32,000 nucleotides of DNA from Heyndrickxia oleronia (GTDB taxonomy: Bacteria > Bacillota > Bacilli > Bacillales > Bacillaceae_C): positions 1,244,911 through 1,276,910 of the forward strand of contig NZ_CP065424.1 in the NCBI RefSeq assembly GCF_017809215.1, in the 5' to 3' direction. How positions within the stretch are numbered: position 1 is the first letter of the stretch; every line of letters starts with the position of its first letter. The translations under genes were made by a program, and so were the position numbers. Below are positions 1-7,709 of this stretch, one piece after another. The notes under the pieces were generated by a model, which saw nothing but the letters and a program-made list of their open reading frames with translations, was not told where the DNA came from and made no database searches.

Positions 1-218
1 CAAAGTTAGAAAAAGTGGTAGATAGCATGAACGAATTTGTTTCTGCATCGAATACTCATTTGAAATTTGAGTTTCATGATAAATTAAATGAGTATTATGT
101 TACTGTTGTCGACGATTCCACACAAGAAGTGGTGAAGGAAATTCCTTCTAAGAAAATGCTTGATATGTATGCTGCGATGACTGAATTTCTCGGTATTATG
201 GTAGATAAAAAGATTTGA
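1..218 (+). CDS. flaG: flagellar protein FlaG, C-terminal part (5' end lies upstream of the window)
   Basis: The frame is open from nt 3 to the TGA at 216-218. The sequence ...THLKFEFHDKLNEYYVTVVDDSTQEVVKEIPSKKMLDMYA... looks like the conserved FlaG C-terminal core. A stem-loop follows. Confidence 0.75.
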   Translation, partial: KLEKVVDSMNEFVSASNTHLKFEFHDKLNEYYVTVVDDSTQEVVKEIPSKKMLDMYAAMTEFLGIMVDKKI

Positions 219-228
219 TATCGGAAGA

Positions 229-267
229 AAAGGGCTGTCTGACTTTTTGCATTTCAGACAGCCCTTT
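229..267. terminator. stem-loop after flaG
   Basis: A 14-bp stem: AAAGGGCTGTCTGA (229-242) pairs with TCAGACAGCCCTTT (254-267), with an 11-nt loop. The T tract is weak on the + strand and T-rich on the complement. Confidence 0.55.
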
Positions 268-339
268 CATGAGGGGATTTTTTTAGAGGGAAAATTTGTT
301 GTTTAGTACAACCAAAATTTCCTTGTGGAGGTTATTATT

Positions 340-621
340 ATGCCTATTTTTAATGTAATGGAGGAAATTGTCCGTAATGCACTTATGGAGCATATGGAAC
401 AATTAAGATTACCTTGTACCTGTGAACGCTGTATTGATGATGTGATGGCTTTGTCATTAAATCATTTACCACCTAAATATATTGTAAATGAAGGGGCAAG
501 TCCTTTTGTTCGCGCCTATTATACCGCTGACCGTCAAGGCGCAGCGAACATTATTAGCATTTTGTTCCAAGCAGCAGAAACAGTTTCAAAAAATCAACGT
601 TGTTCGAATCGAGTAGACTAA
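340..621 (+). CDS. ComFB-family small Cys-rich protein (stand-alone)
   Basis: The track ORF starts at GTG 325, but GGAGG at 327-331 sits 8 nt before ATG 340, so 340 is the likely start. About 93 aa with the Cys cluster LPCTCERCIDDV and ALSLNHLPPKY, typical of the ComFB family. Confidence 0.7.
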   Translation: MPIFNVMEEIVRNALMEHMEQLRLPCTCERCIDDVMALSLNHLPPKYIVNEGASPFVRAYYTADRQGAANIISILFQAAETVSKNQRCSNRVD

Positions 622-667
622 GTAAATAAAGCAGCAATTTGAATTGTTAACATACTAGGGGGAGCTT

Positions 668-1966
668 ATGAGTTGGTTTAAAAAAACAGAAAACAGCAAG
701 AGTACAGTTAAACAGCAAGATAGATTACCAGTGTCAATAACCTTAGATTTGTCAGATCAAGAGTTAATGAAGCAAATGGAAATGATTCATTTTACAAAGG
801 AAGATATTCGCGCCATTGCATCAATTAAGACTTTCGTAGATCAAAATATCGATAAAATTGTGGACGATTTTTATAAAGCATTAGGAGAACAGCCAAATCT
901 TTTTGAAATCATTAATCAATACAGCAGCATCGAACGTTTGAGTCAAACATTAAGACGACATATTTGTGAAATGTTTGAAGGGAAGATAAATCAGGAATTT
1001 GTTGAAAAACGAATTAAAATTGCGATTATCCACCTTCAAATCGGTCTAGAACCGAAATGGTATCTAGGTGCCTTTCAAAATTTATTTTTCTCATTAATGG
1101 AAATTGTAGAAGAAAATATTGAATCTAAAGCTGAAGTGATTGAGATTATTAAAAGTATTTCTAAACTCCTTAATTTTGAACAACAAATTGTTCTTGAGGC
1201 ATATGAAAAAGAGTTTCGTAGATTTCGGAAAAAGCATGAAGAAGAGAGAATCTTAATAGAGCAAAAAATTGCCGATGTGTCTGAAACATTATCAAATTTC
1301 TCTGATCGAACAAATGAGTTTATGACACAATTAAACCAACAATCTGTTGATATGCTTGCAGTAGCCAATGAAAATGTTGAAATCGCAAATATAATGGAAA
1401 ATGAAGCGCATAGCAGTAAAGACAAATTACATCAAGAGCAGCAATTAATTAATAATATCGAAACGAGCACAAGAACAATTAATGATCGAGTGAAAGATTT
1501 AAAAAAGGCTTCAGAACAAGTGCATTCAATTATTTCGATTATTACGAGTATTGCAGAACAAACGAATTTACTGGCTTTAAATGCAGCGATCGAATCAGCA
1601 AGAGCAGGCGAATATGGCAGAGGATTTTCCGTTGTTGCTGACGAGGTTAGAAAGCTAGCAGAAGAAACAAAAAAATCCATCGGTAATGTTTCAACATTAA
1701 TCGAAGGAATTAATGGCCAGATTGAAGATGTAACTTCATCAGTTGAAGAGGTATCTCATTTGACCCAAGAAAGCTCAAAAGAAATTTCCAATATGGATGT
1801 ATTTTTTGAAAAGATACTTCAAGCTGCTGAGAAAAATAAACACCAAAGTGGTGTGACGAAGGCAGAATTAACGCAAACATCTGACATCATTCATCAAGTT
1901 ACGAAGCTAATGGAGCAAATTTCCGGTTCATCGGAGTATTTAATGAAGCTTTCTCAAAAATTTTAA
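668..1966 (+). CDS. hemAT: heme-based aerotactic transducer (globin-coupled sensor plus MCP signalling domain)
   Basis: 432 aa. The N-terminal sensor-globin region includes [20 protein letters not shown]. The C-terminal MCP hairpin core is [37 protein letters not shown]. There are no TM segments. RBS GGGGGAG lies upstream of ATG 668. Confidence 0.9.
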   Translation: MSWFKKTENSKSTVKQQDRLPVSITLDLSDQELMKQMEMIHFTKEDIRAIASIKTFVDQNIDKIVDDFYKALGEQPNLFEIINQYSSIERLSQTLRRHICEMFEGKINQEFVEKRIKIAIIHLQIGLEPKWYLGAFQNLFFSLMEIVEENIESKAEVIEIIKSISKLLNFEQQIVLEAYEKEFRRFRKKHEEERILIEQKIADVSETLSNFSDRTNEFMTQLNQQSVDMLAVANENVEIANIMENEAHSSKDKLHQEQQLINNIETSTRTINDRVKDLKKASEQVHSIISIITSIAEQTNLLALNAAIESARAGEYGRGFSVVADEVRKLAEETKKSIGNVSTLIEGINGQIEDVTSSVEEVSHLTQESSKEISNMDVFFEKILQAAEKNKHQSGVTKAELTQTSDIIHQVTKLMEQISGSSEYLMKLSQKF

Positions 1967-1992
1967 GCAGCATAAATTAATCAATCAGCGAA

Positions 1993-2036
1993 AAGAGGGA
2001 ATGAGGCGCAGTGCACATCATTCCCTCTTATATTTT
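1993..2036. terminator. terminator between convergent hemAT and the small repeat-protein gene
   Basis: A 12-bp stem: AAGAGGGAATGA (1993-2004) pairs with TCATTCCCTCTT (2018-2029), followed by ATATTTT. Confidence 0.6.
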
Positions 2037-2151
2037 CAGTTGGGTGTTTTTGTCAAGTCGGTAGCATTTGGAAAGTACCTATTACCGCCGTTTATCCTAA
2101 TAAAGGCTACGTCTCGAAAAAAAGAGCCATTTATTTTATTAAATATATTTA

Positions 2152-2397
2152 TTACCAGAAAAATCCAGGATAGCCATACCCATACCCATATCCATAAGGA
2201 TACCCACCATAAAGGGCAGGGCCTAATAAAGCTGTGGTTGCTAGACCTCCGAGAAATCCTCCGACAAATGGCCCTCCAAAAAATGGTCTACCGTAAAAAG
2301 GTCTCCCAAAAAAAGGTCTTCCGAAAAATGGCCGTCCAAACTGCCTTTGATCCATGTTCACATTCCAATTTGGGATTTGATAATATTCAGGGTTCAT
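2152..2397 (-). CDS. small (81 aa) Gly/Phe/Tyr/Pro low-complexity repeat protein, function unknown (spore-coat-like composition)
   Basis: AGGAGGA lies 6 nt upstream of an internal ATG (minus strand, nt 2397) of the 132-aa track ORF. Product: MNPEYYQIPNWNVNMDQRQF(GRPFF)x4-like, GGPFVGGFLGGLATTALLGPALYGG, YPYGYGYGYGYPGFFW. Confidence 0.6.
   Translation of the reverse strand: MNPEYYQIPNWNVNMDQRQFGRPFFGRPFFGRPFYGRPFFGGPFVGGFLGGLATTALLGPALYGGYPYGYGYGYGYPGFFW
2263..2337 (-). repeat. in-frame tandem 15-nt repeat (5 units) encoding GRPFF/GRPFY/GGPFV
   Basis: + strand units: GACAAATGGCCCTCC, AAAAAATGGTCTACC, GTAAAAAGGTCTCCC, AAAAAAAGGTCTTCC, GAAAAATGGCCGTCC. A second hexanucleotide repeat (ATAGCC ATACCC ATACCC ATATCC, 2170-2193) encodes the GY run. 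Confidence 0.85.
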
Positions 2398-2642
2398 CAA
2401 ATATCCTCCTCTTTTTTCTCTTTGAATTTTTATTACATATTCCCTAAATAGTATGAAGCTGGTTAAAAAATGGACTGGGTAAATGTCCCACTTAGTAATG
2501 AAAAAATTACTAATCAAATTGAACTTTCTAAAAAGCTTATCTTGTTTCATAAAGTCATTGGAAGGGGTTTCAAAAAATACAGAAAAGTATAGAGTAATAT
2601 GCTATAATTTTCAAAATTAGATTTATTTTTGGGGGAAGGTAT

Positions 2643-3641
2643 ATGGAACGATTGGTTGACATGCAATTTACTGAAACCGTTTTGAAGGAAATCTTAAAAA
2701 GGTTTAAACTTACACCTGATTACCAAAAGCTTGGCGATTTTGAAAATTACGTTTTTGAAGTATATGATCAGAATCATGCACCAAAGATACTTCGTGTAAC
2801 CCACCATTCCCATCGTTCGAAGGAAGAACTGGAATCTGAACTTGATTGGATTCAATATTTATGTAATTGTGGGATTAAGATACCTAATGTAATTACCTCT
2901 CCAGTTGGCAATACCGTCGAAGCATTCGAAGGTAATCAAAGTTATTTCTTTGCCAGCTTGTTTGAAAAGGCATTAGGTCAACCAGTTAAAGTTGATGGTC
3001 CATCGTTCAATGAAAAATTATTTTACAAATGGGGAAAAACCATTGGTAGGATCCATAAATATACGAAGGATTATGTACGAACACCAGGGATTGTTCAACG
3101 AGCCCAATGGGATGAAAATGATCTTCTTGATTTGGATAAATATTATACTGGAGAAGACGCGTTGCTTCTAGGGAAGGTAAACAAAGTTATTGAAAACATA
3201 AAAGAACTTCCGAAAGAACGAAATAGCTTTGGCTTAATACATACGGATATTCATCATGGTAATTTTTTTTATGATGGAGAAATGATTCAAGTATTTGATT
3301 TCGATGATGCCAGCTATCAATACTTTGTTTCTGATATTGCCATTCCATTATACTATGCAACCAATTCAAAGCATTTTTATGGAACAAGAGAGGAACGTAA
3401 TCAGTTCGCAAAAAAATTCTTGCATGCCTTCCTTGATGGATATGATGAAGAAAATCATCTTACAAGGGAATGGCTTACAAATCTGCCACTATTCCTAAAA
3501 CTGCGGGATATTGATTTATATGCTGTTTTTAATAAAAAAGTAGTACCAGAAGATCGAAATGAACGTGTTTTACATTGGTTAAAGGAAATAAGAGAAAGAA
3601 TTGAAAATGAAGTAGCTATTGTAGATGTATCTTTCACATGA
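2643..3641 (+). CDS. aminoglycoside-phosphotransferase (APH)/CotS-like kinase-fold protein, substrate unknown
   Basis: 332 aa. The catalytic loop LIHTDIHHGNFF (HxDxxxxN) and metal-binding VFDFDDA (DFD) are typical of the APH/choline-kinase/CotS fold. RBS GGGGGAAGG lies before ATG 2643. Confidence 0.75.
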   Translation: MERLVDMQFTETVLKEILKRFKLTPDYQKLGDFENYVFEVYDQNHAPKILRVTHHSHRSKEELESELDWIQYLCNCGIKIPNVITSPVGNTVEAFEGNQSYFFASLFEKALGQPVKVDGPSFNEKLFYKWGKTIGRIHKYTKDYVRTPGIVQRAQWDENDLLDLDKYYTGEDALLLGKVNKVIENIKELPKERNSFGLIHTDIHHGNFFYDGEMIQVFDFDDASYQYFVSDIAIPLYYATNSKHFYGTREERNQFAKKFLHAFLDGYDEENHLTREWLTNLPLFLKLRDIDLYAVFNKKVVPEDRNERVLHWLKEIRERIENEVAIVDVSFT

Positions 3642-3713
3642 TCAATTATGACAAAAAAATAAGTGATTCGACAATCTTTTTCAAATATGACAAATTCGAC
3701 AAAAAAATCTTTC

Positions 3714-3740
3714 GTTTTAAGCAGGAATTTGGACGGTTAT
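3714..3740 (+). promoter_or_regulatory. putative sigma-B-type promoter upstream of hpf
   Basis: GTTTTA (3714-3719), a 15-nt spacer, then GGTTAT (3735-3740), against the recalled consensus GTTTAA-N13-15-GGGTAT. An overlapping AGGAATT...GAAAT resembles a sigma-H promoter. B. subtilis hpf (yvyD) is known to be sigB/sigH dependent. Confidence 0.35.
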
Positions 3741-3845
3741 AATAGAAATATATAAACATAGCTTTAATTATAAGGCATCATTTCTCACTCAGTATTGAAA
3801 GACAAGCTGAGGGAAAATATGGCCAAATGACAAGGAGGATTCCAT

Positions 3846-4397
3846 ATGATGAACTACAACATTCGTGGGGAAAACATTGAGGTAACTCCAGCAATTCGGG
3901 ATTATACCGAGAAAAAGGTAAGTAAGCTTGAACGATATTTTATCGAAGTACCAGAAGCAAATGTACATGTAAATTTAAAAGTATATCAAGATAAAACGGC
4001 AAAAGTTGAAATAACCATTCCTCTACCGCAATTAGTCTTAAGAGCGGAAGAAATAAATAATGATATGTATGCTGCTATTGATTTGATTGTTGATAAATTA
4101 GAACGTCAAATTCGCAAGCATAAAACAAAAGTAAATCGCAAGTTCCGTGAAAAAGGAAATACGAAGGAATTCTTTACAACAAACGGAAGTCCTCAAACGG
4201 ATGTAGAGGATGATGGGGATCTTGAGGTTGTTAGAACGAAACAATTCGATCTCAAACCAATGGACAGTGAAGAAGCGGTTCTGCAAATGAATATGTTAGG
4301 CCATAACTTCTTTGTCTTTACAGATGCAGATACGAATCAAACGAATATTGTTTATCGTCGAAAAGACGGAAAGTATGGTCTTATCGAAACGAAGTAA
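3846..4397 (+). CDS. hpf: ribosome hibernation promoting factor, long form
   Basis: 183 aa. The N-terminus MMNYNIRGENIEVTPAIRDYTEKKVSKLERYF and the C-terminal dimerisation domain ...VVRTKQFDLKPMDSEEAVLQMNMLGHNFFVFTDADT... are present. GGAGG lies 7 nt upstream. Confidence 0.95.
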   Translation: MMNYNIRGENIEVTPAIRDYTEKKVSKLERYFIEVPEANVHVNLKVYQDKTAKVEITIPLPQLVLRAEEINNDMYAAIDLIVDKLERQIRKHKTKVNRKFREKGNTKEFFTTNGSPQTDVEDDGDLEVVRTKQFDLKPMDSEEAVLQMNMLGHNFFVFTDADTNQTNIVYRRKDGKYGLIETK

Positions 4398-4446
4398 ACT
4401 GTCGTATGGGGCCGGCCCTATGTATCACTTTAATATATTGTGGTAT

Positions 4447-4470
4447 GGGGTCTGACCCCTTTTCCTTTTT
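4447..4470 (+). terminator. weak terminator after hpf
   Basis: A short GGGG(T)/(A)CCCC stem followed by TTTTCCTTTTT. A GC-rich palindrome (GGGCCGGCCC, about 4408-4417) lies just upstream. Confidence 0.4.
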
Positions 4471-4541
4471 CAGAGAGACTTTTTTAGAAGATCAGATAAA
4501 GAATATAGAGCTTGCAAGAAATTGAATAAAGTGGTGGGAAG

Positions 4542-4991
4542 ATGAAGATCGATGATACCGACCGAAAAATCATGGAGTTATTAACTGATAATGGTCGAAT
4601 GTCCTATGCAGATATTGGAAAGCAATTAAATTTATCTAGGGTTGCAGTTAGGGAGCGAGTCAATCAATTAATGAACAATGGGGTAATTGAAAAGTTTACT
4701 GCCGTTATTAACTCTGAAAAAGTAGGGAAACATGTTTCGGCCTTCTTTGAAGTGGATTGTGAACCTGCTTTCTTAGTAGAAGTAGCGCAAAAGCTCGCTG
4801 AACACCAAAGTGTAGCTAGCTGTTATCAAATGACAGGCCCAAGCACCCTTCATATGCATGTCCTTGTAGACGATTTTTCAAGCTTAGAAAATTTTATCAA
4901 TAATGAATTATACGGATTACAAGGAATCACTCGGGTTGAAAGCAATATCCTCTTGAGAAGATTTAAAAGTCGTAGCGGGCTTAAATTATAG
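4542..4991 (+). CDS. Lrp/AsnC-family transcriptional regulator (YwrC/ChrS-like by gene context)
   Basis: 149 aa. The N-terminal wHTH is DRKIMELLTDNGRMSYADIGKQLNLSRVAVRERVNQL, followed by a C-terminal RAM/AsnC_trans_reg domain. Confidence 0.9.
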   Translation: MKIDDTDRKIMELLTDNGRMSYADIGKQLNLSRVAVRERVNQLMNNGVIEKFTAVINSEKVGKHVSAFFEVDCEPAFLVEVAQKLAEHQSVASCYQMTGPSTLHMHVLVDDFSSLENFINNELYGLQGITRVESNILLRRFKSRSGLKL

Positions 4992-4995
4992 TATG

Positions 4996-5026
4996 ATGCC
5001 AGGAAACTAGATCCTGGCATTTTTTT
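4996..5026 (+). terminator. rho-independent terminator
   Basis: ATGCCAGGA (4996-5004) pairs with TCCTGGCAT (5012-5020), then TTTTTT. Confidence 0.8.
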
Positions 5027-5087
5027 GTGTTCATACTATGACCTAAATGAAAGTACGAATAAGATTATAAGTTGTTTCATAAATTAT

Positions 5088-5256
5088 GTTGCTTTGGTAA
5101 CCCTCTACTTGTGGCTTTTACACTAAATCAAAGCTTCAGCGGTTCTTATGGAATTTTGCAGCTCTTTTCCTCAGTTCAAATGAAACGTGTAGCGATCCTC
5201 AGTTGATATTTATTCGTTATAATTTTACTTAATAGCAACAATGTTTGAGAAAAGAG
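5088..5256 (+). repeat. dispersed intergenic repeat, copy A
   Basis: The 26-nt core AATAGCAACAATGTTTGAGAAAAGAG (5231-5256) is identical to 27748-27773 and matches 24731-24756 at 23/26. The preceding ~140 nt align to the other copies with indels. Confidence 0.75.
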
Positions 5257-5404
5257 ACTTCTAGAAAATAGCCAAACTATATGGAGTTTAGATTCAATTT
5301 TCTATATAATCATAATTAAGTGAAAAAATTACGTTTGTTAATCATATAAAAGAATTAACAATCAAATGTAAATGAAAACTAACGGTTTTATGGGAGTGGG
5401 ATAA

Positions 5405-7015
5405 GTGGAAATGGATCATCTATATCAACCGTACTCATCAGTGAGAAATACTGTTTTTGCAAGAAAAGGAATGGTGGCAACTTCACAGCCTTTAGGCGCA
5501 CAGGCTGGCCTTGAAATTCTTCAAAAGGGAGGCAATGCGATTGATGCAGCGATTGCAACTGCTGCTGCATTAACAGTAGTAGAGCCTACATCAAATGGAA
5601 TTGGAGGGGATGCCTTTGCCCTTGTGTGGGTGAATGGTCAATTATATGGCCTAAATGGCAGTGGTCCAGCACCAGCAGCTATCTCAATTGATGCTGTCAA
5701 AGCTAAAGGATATGAGAGGATGCCAAAGTTTGGGGTTATCCCGATCACTGTGCCTGGTGTACCATCTGCGTGGTTAGAGCTTTCAAAAAGATTCGGGAAA
5801 TTACCATTTAAAGAACTGTTTTCTCCAGCCATTCGTTATGCCAAGGAAGGGTTTCCTTTAACACCAGTTTTAGGAAAGTATTGGCAATTAGCATATACAC
5901 ATTTTAAGGAAGTTTTAAAAGGGGAACAGTTTAACCCATGGTTTGACACGTTTGCTCCAAATGGGAAAGCTCCAGACATAGGTGAGATGTGGAGTTCGCC
6001 TGGCCACGCTGCCACTTTAACATCCATTGCAGAAACGAATGCCGAAAGTTTTTATCGCGGTGAACTTGCTGAAAAAATCGTAGAGTTTATTCAAAAATAT
6101 GATGGATTCTTAACAAAAGGGGATTTAGAGAACTATCGAGCAGAATGGGTAGATCCTATTTCAACGAATTATCGTGGCTATGATGTGTGGGAAATTCCTC
6201 CTAATGGGCAAGGCTTACTTGCTTTAATGGCATTAAATATTGTTAGAGACTTTGATTTTACTGAAAAAGATACGATAGATACGTATCATAAACAAATAGA
6301 AGCAATAAAACTAGCATTTACAGAAGCGAAGGAAGTAATTACAGATCAAAAGCATATGAAAATTTCAGCTGAATATTTATTGTCTGATGAATTTGCACAT
6401 ATCAATCGTTTACGAATTAATGATAAGGCGATCACACCTGAGCCTGTCCAGCAGCCAAGTGGTGGAACAGTGTATTTAGCGACGGCTGATGCTGAAGGCA
6501 ATATGGTTAGCTTTATACAAAGCAATTATATGGGATTTGGCTCCGGTATTGTCATTCCTGGAACAGGGATTGGTCTTCAAAATCGGGGGTTCGATTTTTC
6601 TCTTGAACGGGCACATGCTAATGCCTTACTTCCGGGAAAGAAATGCTATCATACAATCATTCCAGGCTTCTTGACAAAAGGGAATGAGGCGATTGGCCCG
6701 TTCGGAGTTATGGGTGGATTCATGCAGCCACAAGGGCATTTTCAAGTAGTGATGAGTACAGTCGATTTTCATTTAAATCCTCAGGCAGCATTAGATGCTC
6801 CCCGTTGGCAATGGATGGATGGAAAAAAAGTGATGGTTGAGCCTCATTTTCCCAATCATCTTGTTCAAACGTTAATTAGAAAAGGGCATCAGATTCAAGT
6901 AGCGTCTGATACTGGTGGTTTCGGTCGTGGTCAAATTATTTGGCGGAATCCTCAAACGGGAGTATTAATGGGTGGAACGGAATCAAGGACAGATGGTGCA
7001 ATCGCAGCATGGTAA
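5405..7015 (+). CDS. ggt: gamma-glutamyltranspeptidase family protein (YwrD-like)
   Basis: 536 aa. Family motifs include GGNAIDAAIATAAALTVVEP and the autoprocessing/nucleophile region PSGGTVYLATADAEGNMVSFIQSNY. The start is either GTG 5405 (GGGAG 8 nt upstream) or ATG 5411. Confidence 0.9.
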   Translation: MEMDHLYQPYSSVRNTVFARKGMVATSQPLGAQAGLEILQKGGNAIDAAIATAAALTVVEPTSNGIGGDAFALVWVNGQLYGLNGSGPAPAAISIDAVKAKGYERMPKFGVIPITVPGVPSAWLELSKRFGKLPFKELFSPAIRYAKEGFPLTPVLGKYWQLAYTHFKEVLKGEQFNPWFDTFAPNGKAPDIGEMWSSPGHAATLTSIAETNAESFYRGELAEKIVEFIQKYDGFLTKGDLENYRAEWVDPISTNYRGYDVWEIPPNGQGLLALMALNIVRDFDFTEKDTIDTYHKQIEAIKLAFTEAKEVITDQKHMKISAEYLLSDEFAHINRLRINDKAITPEPVQQPSGGTVYLATADAEGNMVSFIQSNYMGFGSGIVIPGTGIGLQNRGFDFSLERAHANALLPGKKCYHTIIPGFLTKGNEAIGPFGVMGGFMQPQGHFQVVMSTVDFHLNPQAALDAPRWQWMDGKKVMVEPHFPNHLVQTLIRKGHQIQVASDTGGFGRGQIIWRNPQTGVLMGGTESRTDGAIAAW

Positions 7016-7148
7016 AACAATGCTATAATATAATATGTTTTTATGAAGAGGATTAATCTAATGGATAGATAATAACTTTTATAAAGAAGTTCGTATACTT
7101 TTTATTCTTTATTTTAGTTTTAATAAGTTTAAAGGATTGTGATTTGTT

Positions 7149-7709
7149 TTGGTATATTGGGATATATTTATTGCGTTTTTTCGAGCGGGAATGCTTGGAT
7201 ATGGCGGAGGTCTTTCGGCCATTCCATTGATGCATAGGGAAGTAGTTGAAAACTATAAATGGATGAACGACGAGGATTTTTCAGATATTCTTGCGCTTGC
7301 AAATACATTGCCTGGACCAATTAATACAAAAATGTCTGGATATATTGGCTGGAGAGTTGCTGGTTTTTGGGGAATGATGTGCGCAGTCATTGCTACAGTA
7401 ATTCCAACCGTTATTTTGATGATCATTTTATTAACGGTCTTACATGCTTATAACGATAAGCCATGGGTTCAAGGAATGTCGCGAGCAGTCGTCCCAATAG
7501 CAGGTGTCATGCTGGGGGCATTAACATGGGATTTTATCAAAAAATCCAAAAACTCTATGGGATGGATATCTACAATAATCGTTCTTGTGATTAGTATCAT
7601 TATCATGCAAATACTTGGCTTGCATCCTGCTATTTTAATTGTAGGACTGTTGGTAGCTGCTTTATTTTCTCGTCAGAAACAGAAAGATAAGCAGGTGAAG
7701 GCATCATGA
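7149..7709 (+). CDS. short-chain chromate transporter (CHR family) subunit, first of a pair
   Basis: 186 aa, multi-TM, with FFRAGMLGYGGGLSAIPLMHREVV and LPGPINTKM. The TTG start is the only in-frame start. Its stop overlaps the next start (ATGA at 7706-7709). Confidence 0.85.
   Translation: MVYWDIFIAFFRAGMLGYGGGLSAIPLMHREVVENYKWMNDEDFSDILALANTLPGPINTKMSGYIGWRVAGFWGMMCAVIATVIPTVILMIILLTVLHAYNDKPWVQGMSRAVVPIAGVMLGALTWDFIKKSKNSMGWISTIIVLVISIIIMQILGLHPAILIVGLLVAALFSRQKQKDKQVKAS

Noticed and set aside
1075-1680. Two antisense ORFs (116 and 82 aa) inside hemAT.
   Set aside because: Both lie fully inside a well-supported gene, have no RBS and have a low-complexity composition.
2001-2447. 148-aa + strand ORF (His/Lys-rich, repeated KKV.RK).
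   Set aside because: It is the mirror image of the minus-strand tandem-repeat gene. It has no RBS, runs through the hemAT terminator, and its periodicity is explained by the opposite-strand repeats.
4405-4422. GC-rich palindrome TATGGGGCCGGCCCTAT after hpf.
   Set aside because: It is most simply part of the hpf terminator region. It is a single occurrence with no associated ORF.
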